From positions 4,766-68,765 of IMG/VR virus record IMGVR_UViG_3300032144_000385: a stretch of 64,000 nucleotides of DNA. One strand, 5' to 3'. A model generated the notes under the pieces. That model saw only the letters and a list, made by a program, of their open reading frames with translations, ran no database searches and was not told the DNA's origin. This DNA comes from a virus. The position numbers were made by a program, and so were the translations under genes. This document shows positions 26,376 through 34,164 of this stretch, one piece after another (positions within the stretch are counted from its first letter, which is position 1; each line of letters opens with the position of its first letter).

Positions 26376-27499
26376 CGGATCAGTCCTTGGCTCAGGGGGA
26401 GCGCGTGGTCGGGGAGGGGGAGGATCGGCTCGCGCGAGACGTCGAGGCCGCGCGCGGCCGCGACCTCGCGGATCGCGGGGGTGTTGTTCCCGGCGATGCG
26501 CGTCGCGCCGTCGGGGATGTTAGTGGTCTGGACCTGCAGGCCGCGACCGTAGATCGCGTTGCCCTCGATCGTGAGGCTGCGGCAGGAGCGGTGCGAGCCC
26601 GGGGAGAGGTTCCCGACGCGGATCACGGTCGAGTAGCCCTCGGGGCCGCCGTCGGCGCGGATCAGGTTGCGCCGGATGATCACGTCGCCGTTCCGGTAGG
26701 GCGAGTCCTGCGCGCCCTGCGGCCAGCCGCGCAGCGAGCCGTCGTCGACCATGATGGCGCGCGCGTGGAGCGGGGTGTCGCTCGGCATCCAGAACTGGTT
26801 GTCCTCCACCGTGAGGTGGGAGGCCCCGCCCTCGCACACGATGGCCCCGCTGCCGCGGGAGGTCCAGGGCATGCCGGTTCGCTTGAAGACGCACCGGCGG
26901 ATGACCTGACGCGCGCGGGGGCCCGGCCAGGGGACCTCCTCGCGGTCGGGGCGCGCCTTGACGTGCTGCGCGCCCGACTCCATGAACTCGACCGCCTCGA
27001 TCAGGCTGCCGAGGTCGGCCCAGCAGTGCTGGTAGACCGAGTGCTCGGTCGAGCGCCCGTACCAGACCACGCCGTGGCGGAGCAGGAGGTCGGCCCGGTA
27101 GGTGAAGATCCCCCAGCACACCGAGGAGACCTGGCCCGCCGCCGGGTCCTCGGCCACGAGCTCGAAGTCCTCGACCTCCAGGCGGAAGCGCCGGGAGAGC
27201 GGGGCGACCGAGTCCGGCTCCCCGGCCATGAGCGCCGAGCGCCCGCGACCGTGGATGCTCAGGCTCTCGAAGCGGACCGTGCCCTGGTGCTCGGCGACGA
27301 AGAGGTTGGTCCAGACTCCGGGGGCGGGGCGGATGCGCGTGCGGCCGCGCCCGCGGCCGATGAACCGGACCCCGCGGTAGCCCTGGGCGAGCCAGGTCGC
27401 CGGGTCGTAGAGCCGCCCCCCGTTGTCGAGGCGCCGGCCGACGTCGAACCCCGGGACGTCGCCCTCGGGGAGCCTGATCTCGAGAAGTCCCTTAGCCAT
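26372..27499 (-). CDS. right-handed parallel beta-helix protein (pectin lyase-like)
   Basis: GVRFIGRG.GRT, VRFESLSI, repeated V.IRRC.F / LTVEDNQF / VIIRRNLI / LTIEGNAI / IAGNN stacks. Confidence 0.65.
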   Translation of the reverse strand: MAKGLLEIRLPEGDVPGFDVGRRLDNGGRLYDPATWLAQGYRGVRFIGRGRGRTRIRPAPGVWTNLFVAEHQGTVRFESLSIHGRGRSALMAGEPDSVAPLSRRFRLEVEDFELVAEDPAAGQVSSVCWGIFTYRADLLLRHGVVWYGRSTEHSVYQHCWADLGSLIEAVEFMESGAQHVKARPDREEVPWPGPRARQVIRRCVFKRTGMPWTSRGSGAIVCEGGASHLTVEDNQFWMPSDTPLHARAIMVDDGSLRGWPQGAQDSPYRNGDVIIRRNLIRADGGPEGYSTVIRVGNLSPGSHRSCRSLTIEGNAIYGRGLQVQTTNIPDGATRIAGNNTPAIREVAAARGLDVSREPILPLPDHALPLSQGLIR

Positions 27500-28520
27500 G
27501 TTGCTCCTGTTCGCCGGCCGCCCGCAGGCGGGACCGGATGATCTCCACGTAGCCTACCTCCCGCTCGACCAGGAGGAAGGGCACGCCCTCGAGCGCGCAC
27601 GCGATCCCGGTCGTGCCGGACCCGGCGAACGGGTCGAGGACGAGGTTCTCCCCTGGACCGCGGACCAGACGAACGAGCCAGCGCATCAGCTCGACGGGCT
27701 TGACGGTCGGGTGATTGTTTCCCTCGCCGCGGTCGCGCTTCGACGCCTTGGCGCAGTAGAAGAAGCGAGAGGCGCCGCCGGGCACGTCGTGTGGCTTGCA
27801 CGGGACGGGCGGACCCATCTCGCCGAGACGGCCGTGCCCTGGCCGCGGACGGCCCGTCGCCTTGAGAGGCGCCGCCTGGCCCTTGTCAGGAGCCTGCTCG
27901 TCGAGCATCGCGGCGGCCTCCTCGTCGAGCACAACATTGGCGGGCCAACGCCCTTCTGTAAAGGTGCCCAGTGAGCGCGATCCGTTGATCCCACTGCCGT
28001 ACACGTCTCCGTCTAGCGCCTTGTCGTTACGGCGTTCAATGTGCGGTCGCTCGCCACTCTCGATCCTACACCCGTCGATGTTCAGCGCGCCCGTGCCGTG
28101 CTCGCGGCAGTTGCGCTCGACCGTGCCGACGAGCGGCTTACGCGCGAGGATGATCGGCTCCCACGCGGGCTTGAGCGCGGTGCCGAAGCCAGCGAACTCG
28201 CCGTCGAGGTTCTTCGACTTCGGGAAGCCCTGCCCGTACATCCACGCGAGGCAGTCGCGGATCTCGAAGCCCGCGTCCTCCATCGCGCAGGTCAGGCGGT
28301 GGAATGCGCGCGTGCCCCCGAAGACGAGCGCGTGCCCGCCGGGGCGGAGGACGCGCAGGGCCTCGCGCCAGACCTCGGTCGGCGGCTGCACCTTGTCCCA
28401 GCCCTTGCCCATGAACTCGAGGCCGTAGGGCGGGTCCGTCACGATCGCGGTGACGCAGCCGTCCGGCAGGTCGCGTAGGACCTCGAGGCAGTCGCCGTGC
28501 ACCACGCGCGCGTCGCTCAC
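27492..28520 (-). CDS. DNA methyltransferase, N6-adenine/N4-cytosine beta class
   Basis: GDC, VTDPPY, HPTVKP, VLDPFAGSGTT; GTG at 28520. Confidence 0.95.
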   Translation of the reverse strand: MSDARVVHGDCLEVLRDLPDGCVTAIVTDPPYGLEFMGKGWDKVQPPTEVWREALRVLRPGGHALVFGGTRAFHRLTCAMEDAGFEIRDCLAWMYGQGFPKSKNLDGEFAGFGTALKPAWEPIILARKPLVGTVERNCREHGTGALNIDGCRIESGERPHIERRNDKALDGDVYGSGINGSRSLGTFTEGRWPANVVLDEEAAAMLDEQAPDKGQAAPLKATGRPRPGHGRLGEMGPPVPCKPHDVPGGASRFFYCAKASKRDRGEGNNHPTVKPVELMRWLVRLVRGPGENLVLDPFAGSGTTGIACALEGVPFLLVEREVGYVEIIRSRLRAAGEQEQHG

Positions 28521-29746
28521 CTGATCACCGTCACCCTTCTGCTGGCCCGCGTTACCGCCGTGTAGAGCCACCGCCGCGCGTCGGGGCCGAAGTCGCGCGA
28601 CTCGTCCACCACGCAGACCGAGGGCCACCCGGAGCCCTGGCTCTTGTGCGCGGTGAGGGCGTAGGCGAAGTCGAAGCACTGGGCCGAGCGGACCTCGTAG
28701 GGCTTCGGCTGGTCGCCGCGGAAGTACTGCAGGTGCGACTCCACCGTGACGGTGGCCTCGCCGCCCTCCTCGCGCACGGCGAGGATCGCCCGGTCGGCGT
28801 CCAGGCGCTCGGCCGCGAGGCAGCGCCACTGCGCGCCGTTCAGGAGGCCGACGTCGTGGTCGTTGCGGAGGCACACGAGGCGGTCGCCCGGGACGGGGCA
28901 GAGGGGGTCCGCGCCCGGGAGCAGGGCCTCGCGGAGCTGGCGGTTCAGGGCGCGGCGCGTTGCGTTGCGTCCGCACACGACCTGGTCGAAGGCCGAGGCC
29001 GCGTCGGCGAGCTTGACGTCCCGGCGGCGCACGACCTCGGCGAGGCCCTTCTCGTTCTCGTCGCGCCCGTAGTCGATCGCCTCGCCGCGCCGGACCCGGG
29101 TGGCGAGCGCCAGGACGGGGCTTCCCGCCGCCTGGCGGTGCACCTCCTCGAGGAGCAGGTCGGGGGTCTGGCGCGGGTCGGTGAAGTAGCCGCGGTCCCC
29201 GACGGGGGGCAGCTGCGAGGGGTCGCCGAGGGCGAGGATCGGCACCTCGAAGGAGAGGAGGTCCCGGCCCATCGTCTCGCCGATCATGGACACCTCGTCG
29301 AGGACGAGGAGCGCCGCGTCGCGGAGGTCGGAGGTCGTGTTCAGCGTCCAGGAGGGGCGGCGCAGGTTCGCCATCTCCTCGTCGTGCTCGGCCTGCAGCT
29401 CGCGCCGGCGGTCGGCGTCGGGCTCCGCGCGCAGGCGCTCGGCGAGCTCGCGGAGGTGCGCGGTGCACTGCTGGCGCGGCCGGTAGATCAGCTTGTGGAC
29501 GGTCGAGGCGCCCTCGCAGCCCTTGGCGCGCATGACGTGCGCGGCCTTGCCCGTGAAGGCGGCGTAGCGCACGGCGCCTCCGGCCGCGGCGGCCGCGTGG
29601 ACCGCGAGGGTCGACTTCCCGCTGCCGGCCGGCCCGAAGAACCGGAAGACGCCGGGCTCGCGGGTGGCGCCCGGCGCGCGGGGGTCGGCGAGCCAGGCGC
29701 GTACGCGCTCGAGCGCGGCCTGTTGGGAGGCGGAGAGGTCGATCAC
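28517..29746 (-). CDS. RecD/Dda-like SF1B helicase
   Basis: GPAGSGKST, AFTGKAA, TVHKLIY, LDEVSM, GDPSQLPPV, HRQ, TAHKSQGS, YTAVTRA. Confidence 0.95.
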   Translation of the reverse strand: MIDLSASQQAALERVRAWLADPRAPGATREPGVFRFFGPAGSGKSTLAVHAAAAAGGAVRYAAFTGKAAHVMRAKGCEGASTVHKLIYRPRQQCTAHLRELAERLRAEPDADRRRELQAEHDEEMANLRRPSWTLNTTSDLRDAALLVLDEVSMIGETMGRDLLSFEVPILALGDPSQLPPVGDRGYFTDPRQTPDLLLEEVHRQAAGSPVLALATRVRRGEAIDYGRDENEKGLAEVVRRRDVKLADAASAFDQVVCGRNATRRALNRQLREALLPGADPLCPVPGDRLVCLRNDHDVGLLNGAQWRCLAAERLDADRAILAVREEGGEATVTVESHLQYFRGDQPKPYEVRSAQCFDFAYALTAHKSQGSGWPSVCVVDESRDFGPDARRWLYTAVTRASRRVTVIR

Positions 29747-29940
29747 TCGGGGACCTCGTCCCTCGCGCCCACGACCAGCCGCCGGACGCCCTCCTGGTCC
29801 ACGGCGTACACGGCCCAGGTGCCGTCGCGGCGGAGGACCTGCGTGAGAACCTGGCCGCTCGGGCCGTGGCCCCAGCGGACGGAGATCGAGCGGGCGCGCG
29901 CGGCGCGCAGCATCTCGGCGGGGTCTCGCTCGTCGGTCAT
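29743..29940 (-). CDS. hypothetical protein
   Basis: ATG at 29940. Confidence 0.55.
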   Translation of the reverse strand: MTDERDPAEMLRAARARSISVRWGHGPSGQVLTQVLRRDGTWAVYAVDQEGVRRLVVGARDEVPE

Positions 29941-30126
29941 GGTTTGATCGGGTCCGGGGTTCGGTGGCCGCCCACCCCGGGGGACGTCGTTTAGGCACCG
30001 CGCCGGAGCCGGTCGACAGAAGCGCGGGTCCTTGCCACTCACCGCCGCCCGGACCCCTTTCCCAAAGGTCCGATCGGAGGGCCGGCGGGCCGGGGAACGA
30101 GATCCTCGGCCCGCCTTGCTCGTCGT

Positions 30127-30996
30127 CTAGCCGAACACCGGGTCGGAGCTCGCGCCGTCGCCGCTCGCGGCGGTGGCGGCCTCGTCGGCGGGGTCGGCCA
30201 TCTTCGCGCGGCCGGTCGAGATCATCTCGACGAGCTCGCTCGCGGCGCGGAACAGGTCCGACGCCGGGTCGATGAGGCTGTCCCGGATCGAGCCCTTCAG
30301 CGGCTCGAAGCGGTAGTTGAAGGACACGCCGCTCGGACGGTCCTCGCGGGCGAGCGTGCAGCGCAGGCGGTGGTACCAGAGGCGGTTGCCGCCGGCCACC
30401 TTGAAGCTCTGCAGGCGCGTGTACACCTGCTGGCGGTAGATCGCGATGTTCGTGCTCTTGAAGGGCAGCACGACGCCGCCGACCGGCGTGACCCCGTCCT
30501 CGCCGAGGATCATGGACCACAGGTAGTACGTCTCGACGAGCGCGTTGCCGCCCTCGGTCTTGACGTCCTTCGAGAGGCGCTTCGCCGGGTTCTTGTCCGC
30601 GTTGAAGCGGGCCATCGCCTGCTTGTAGAGGTCGGAGTCGATGTCGTGGCGCGCGACGAACTTCCCGCTGCCGGGGTCGCCCGCCCACTCGACGACGCAG
30701 TGCTCGATGAAGATCGGCACCATGGCGAACCCGGGCGTGCCCGGGATCAGCTCGCCCGTCCCCGTGTTCAGGAACATGCCGGGCTGCGCGCCCTTGACGT
30801 GCTTGGCGTGGCCGGGGTCGACGGCCTTGCTCATCTTCTGGAGGATCGCCAGGAACGGCGTCCCCAGGTCCTTGCGGGGGTCGGCGCCCTCGAAGCCGGT
30901 GGCGCCGGCGACGCCGCTGTAGTCGAAGGGCACGACCGCGCCGGCGGTCGCGGCGGTCGGCTGGACCGCGGTGGTTTCGGGAGAGGGTTGGGTCAT
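30127..30996 (-). CDS. phage replication protein, putative ssDNA-binding protein
   Basis: PFLAILQ..S...GAQPG...NTGTGE...EW...H family typical of polA modules; acidic tail ending VFG. Confidence 0.55.
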   Translation of the reverse strand: MTQPSPETTAVQPTAATAGAVVPFDYSGVAGATGFEGADPRKDLGTPFLAILQKMSKAVDPGHAKHVKGAQPGMFLNTGTGELIPGTPGFAMVPIFIEHCVVEWAGDPGSGKFVARHDIDSDLYKQAMARFNADKNPAKRLSKDVKTEGGNALVETYYLWSMILGEDGVTPVGGVVLPFKSTNIAIYRQQVYTRLQSFKVAGGNRLWYHRLRCTLAREDRPSGVSFNYRFEPLKGSIRDSLIDPASDLFRAASELVEMISTGRAKMADPADEAATAASGDGASSDPVFG

Positions 30997-31001
30997 GTTG
31001 T

Positions 31002-31541
31002 TCAGTCCGTGACCTTCGCCACGCGGAACACCCGCGCGCCGAAGAGTTCGAGGGGGATGGCCTCGCCGTTCTCGACGGCGCGGCGGATGTAGGCCTTCAG
31101 CTGGCCGGTGTGCACCTCGGCGGCCTCGCGGACGGCGCCGGGGAAGTCGACCCCGAGGCGGTCGGCGAGCGCGTGCGCGCGCTCCTGCTGGCCGGGGCCG
31201 ACGGCGACCTCGACCGAGCGCTTGACGAGGCCCCCCTGGCCGTGGTCCTCGAGCCAGGCGTAGGCGGCGCCGCGCTGGTGCACCGGCGGCTGCTTCACCT
31301 GGATCGCGGGCTCCACCACGACGGAGCGGCCGTCGCGGAGGCGGAACTCGGCGAGGCCGGCCTCGTCCATGGCCTCGGGCAGGCGGCGCTCGACGATCTC
31401 CCGGAGGCGGTCGGCGGCGGCCTGGGACTCGAGCGCCAGGCGCGCGACGTCCGCCTCCGCCGTCCGCATCTCCTCGCCGAGGGCGAGGATCCGCTCGAGA
31501 CGGTCGGAGGCGGGCGCGCGGGGGGAAGGAGAGTCGTTCAC
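31002..31541 (-). CDS. conserved phage replication-module protein (coiled coil + alpha/beta)
   Basis: LPEAMDEAG...WLED.G.GGLVK...VH..QLKAY.R...E.G..IP.ELF. Confidence 0.75.
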   Translation of the reverse strand: MNDSPSPRAPASDRLERILALGEEMRTAEADVARLALESQAAADRLREIVERRLPEAMDEAGLAEFRLRDGRSVVVEPAIQVKQPPVHQRGAAYAWLEDHGQGGLVKRSVEVAVGPGQQERAHALADRLGVDFPGAVREAAEVHTGQLKAYIRRAVENGEAIPLELFGARVFRVAKVTD

Positions 31542-31807
31542 GGCTTGTAGACCCCGTGGTGCAGCCGGCGGGCCGCGCCGGCGAGATCCGAGGGGGTCAG
31601 CTCCAGGATGCGCTCGATCTGACCGTGGAAGCGACCGGATTCGGTGACCGGGTGCACCGATCCGGACTCGGCGCGGTACGACAGCTCGTGGAGCCGAACG
31701 AGCTCCGCGCCCGTCAGGACCAAGGTGAAGCGGTCCTCCGTGAGGAGCTTCTCGAAGGGACCGTAGTCCTTTTTCTTGACGGGGGGCTCGGTGTTCGCGA
31801 TGTGCAT
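31538..31807 (-). CDS. hypothetical protein
   Basis: Track ORF with ATG and RBS (AAGGAA). Confidence 0.65.
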   Translation of the reverse strand: MHIANTEPPVKKKDYGPFEKLLTEDRFTLVLTGAELVRLHELSYRAESGSVHPVTESGRFHGQIERILELTPSDLAGAARRLHHGVYKP

Positions 31808-31826
31808 GGGTGTTCCTTGTGATAGA

Positions 31827-31917
31827 CGAGCCGGGACAGGAGTCGAACCTGCGACCGCGGCGGGATGGTTTCGAACCTCTCCCGTGCTCCGCCGCTCTTC
31901 CGTTGAGCTACCGGCTC
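31827..31917 (-). ncRNA. atypical tRNA-like RNA (about 91 nt) with an extended anticodon arm
   Basis: GAGCCGG/CCGGCTC acceptor stem, TA-GCTC-AACGGAA-GAGC D arm, GCAGG-TTCGACT-CCTGT T arm; about 36-nt hairpin in place of the 17-nt anticodon arm; no encoded CCA. Confidence 0.8.
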
Positions 31918-31921
31918 GCCA

Positions 31922-33421
31922 CTATCCTACCCGGGGATCGCGATCGAGCGAGAGCCACTCCCGCATTTCGTCGCCCTGGACCTGGGCCGCGATCTCGCGC
32001 TTCGACGCAAGTGCCCGCAGGATAGCGAGATCCAGCGTCGGCTCGTCGCCGTCCATGGCCACGAGGTCGACGATCTGCACGCTCTTCCGCTGCCCGATCC
32101 GGTGCGCCCGGTCCTCGGCCTGGAGGCGCTCGGCGAGCTTGTGGGACGTGTTGTAGAACACCTCCGCGCCGGCCTCGTTCAGGGTCAGCCCCGTGCCGCC
32201 CTTGGACGGGTTCGACACGAAGAACCGGGCGCGGCCCGCGCGGAAGTCCTCGACCGCGGCGCGCGCCTCGTCCTCGGAGCACGCGCCGTCGTAGCGCGCG
32301 GCGGTCTCGCCGGCGGCGGCCAGGGCCGCCAGGATGTCGCCGACGTCCCGGCGGAAGCGGCACCAGACGATCGCCTGGCCCTCGATCCCCTCGAGCGTGC
32401 GGAGCAGGGCGTCGAGCCGGGGGTTGTCGTCCCCGACCCGGAGCTCGGCGCGCTCGCCGTCCTCGCCGGGGAGGTCGGAGGGCGCGTAGCCCGAGGTGAC
32501 CTGCTGCATCCGGAGGAGGCGCGTGATCACGAGCTGGGCCGTCACGGTCTCCCCGCCGGCGAGCACGGTCATGGCCTCGTCGCGGAGCTCGCGGTAGGCC
32601 CGGCGCTGCGCGGGCGAGAGCTCGAAGTACACGCGCCGGTAGGTCTTCGGGGGCAGCTCCGGCAGGACGTCGGCCTTGCGAACGCGCGAGGTCAGGGAGT
32701 CCACGACCGAGCGCATGGCCTCGAGGTTGCGGTAGCCGAGGAGCGCCGGGTAGGAGTGGCCGTTCGCGTAGCGGTCCTCCCAGCGGCCGAACGCCGCCTT
32801 GAACGCGAAGAACGAGCCGCAGCCCACGGCGCGCCAGGCGTCGGGGTCCAGGAACCGGAGCTGCGCGTAGACGTCGAACGGACGGTCCGGGACGATCGTC
32901 CCGGTGGCGATCCGCCGGTAGGGGGCGTGCGCGGCCAGGGCGAGGCAGCGCTTGGTCCGGCGCGCGTCGGGGGACTTCAGCATCTGCGACTCGTCCGCCG
33001 CCGCGAGGGCGGGGCCCCCGTCGAGGAACCGGCGCACGAACTTGGCGCAGTCCTCGGTCATGAGGGCGTCGTAGGAGACGCACAGGCAGAGGAGCGGGCG
33101 CTCGGCCGCGGGGGCGAGGAAGGCGGCGCGCGCGGCCTCGGCGCGCCTGGTGCGCGCGGAGGCGGTGCTCCAGCAGTGGATCCGGCGCGGGAGGTCGTCC
33201 GGAAGGTGCTTGGGCAGCTCGTCCTGCGCCCAGGCGCGGTGCACCCCGTTCGGGGCTAGGGCGAGGAAGCGGTCGATCCGGGCGCCGCGGAACAGGTACG
33301 CGGCGTCCGCCACGATCCCGGCGGTCTTGCCGCAGCCCATCTCCCAGCAGTAGCCCCACGCGCGCGCGTCGCGGTGGGCCAGGTGCTCGGCGAGCTGGAA
33401 GGGGTAGAGCTCGGTCGCCAC
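31922..33421 (-). CDS. SNF2-family (SF2) helicase
   Basis: EMGCGKT, ADESQ, TGT, QVTSG, VWCRF, G.GLTL, YN, QAEDRAHRIGQ. Confidence 0.96.
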   Translation of the reverse strand: MATELYPFQLAEHLAHRDARAWGYCWEMGCGKTAGIVADAAYLFRGARIDRFLALAPNGVHRAWAQDELPKHLPDDLPRRIHCWSTASARTRRAEAARAAFLAPAAERPLLCLCVSYDALMTEDCAKFVRRFLDGGPALAAADESQMLKSPDARRTKRCLALAAHAPYRRIATGTIVPDRPFDVYAQLRFLDPDAWRAVGCGSFFAFKAAFGRWEDRYANGHSYPALLGYRNLEAMRSVVDSLTSRVRKADVLPELPPKTYRRVYFELSPAQRRAYRELRDEAMTVLAGGETVTAQLVITRLLRMQQVTSGYAPSDLPGEDGERAELRVGDDNPRLDALLRTLEGIEGQAIVWCRFRRDVGDILAALAAAGETAARYDGACSEDEARAAVEDFRAGRARFFVSNPSKGGTGLTLNEAGAEVFYNTSHKLAERLQAEDRAHRIGQRKSVQIVDLVAMDGDEPTLDLAILRALASKREIAAQVQGDEMREWLSLDRDPRVG

Positions 33422-33454
33422 GGGGTCCTGGGAGCATACCCGCCCCCGGGGATG

Positions 33455-33493
33455 AAAAGGACGCCCCGCCGGCGAAAACCCGGCGGGGCGTCC
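33455..33493 (-). terminator. Rho-independent terminator ending the morphogenesis/lysis transcript
   Basis: 14-bp perfect stem GGACGCCCCGCCGG/CCGGCGGGGCGTCC, 7-nt loop, followed by TTTT on the minus strand. Confidence 0.85.
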
Positions 33494-33544
33494 AGGGCCG
33501 CCCCTCCCCCTTGGGCAGGCCCCTAGTCTACACGGGCGCGCGCC

Positions 33545-33787
33545 TCAGCGGCCGCCCCCCAGGAACGACCGGACGCCCGTCCAGAGCGCCGCCGCGGCCG
33601 CGGTGAGCAGGATGCCGATCATCGCTGCGGCCGCCTTCCCGCGCGCCGAGGCCGCCGCCAGGCGCAGCTGGCGCAGCCACGCGAGGTCCTGCTGTACGGC
33701 CAGCGGGTCCTTCTGGTCGACCCCGATCGCGATCAGGGTCTCCCGGACGGTCTCCTGCACGATCTCGCGCACCTCGTCGCGGTTCAC
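33545..33787 (-). CDS. holin-like small membrane protein
   Basis: VRETLIAIGVD..DP...QQDLAWLR...; C-terminal TM helix; last gene before the terminator. Confidence 0.6.
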   Translation of the reverse strand: MNRDEVREIVQETVRETLIAIGVDQKDPLAVQQDLAWLRQLRLAAASARGKAAAAMIGILLTAAAAALWTGVRSFLGGGR

Positions 33788-34164
33788 GGGGCCCCCTCCA
33801 CCACGATCCGGTAGGCGCGCGCGTAGGCGACCCCCCAGGCGGCGTCGTGCACCCCCGCCTCGTGCGGGAGGCTCCAGGTGACCGCGTGGGCCCACTCGTG
33901 CGCGAGGACGCGCAGCTGGAAGGCCTCGTCGAGGCCCGAGTCCACGACGACCTGCAGGCGCCCGGGGACGCGCACCCGGCGGTACGTGACCCCGAACATG
34001 CACAGCTCCTCGGGGATGCGGCAGACCCGCACGTCCGTCGGGAGGGCGGGCGGCATCTGCTCCCGGAGCTCCGCCACGGCCGCGGCCATGGAGAGGCTCG
34101 GGACCTCCGCGCGGGGGAGCGCGACGCAGGCCGCGCAGAGCGCGGCGACGAGAAGGATCCTCAT
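33784..34164 (-). CDS. lipoprotein HExxH metallopeptidase-like protein
   Basis: MRILLVAALCAAC lipobox-like signal; LAHEWAH...HDAAWGVAYARAYRIVVE. Confidence 0.75.
   Translation of the reverse strand: MRILLVAALCAACVALPRAEVPSLSMAAAVAELREQMPPALPTDVRVCRIPEELCMFGVTYRRVRVPGRLQVVVDSGLDEAFQLRVLAHEWAHAVTWSLPHEAGVHDAAWGVAYARAYRIVVEGAP

Noticed and set aside
29946-30126. c-di-GMP-I riboswitch (GCCTAAAC resemblance)
   Set aside because: The GGCAAAC/GNRA/GACGCAAAGC core could not be matched; kept only as a generic structured region
31827-31917. tmRNA, Y RNA (YrlA) or an ordinary tRNA-Ser/Arg
   Set aside because: Has a full D stem and no G3-U70 or tag ORF (not tmRNA); not circularly permuted and no Ro60 gene (not YrlA); anticodon arm too long and no Ser variable arm for a standard tRNA
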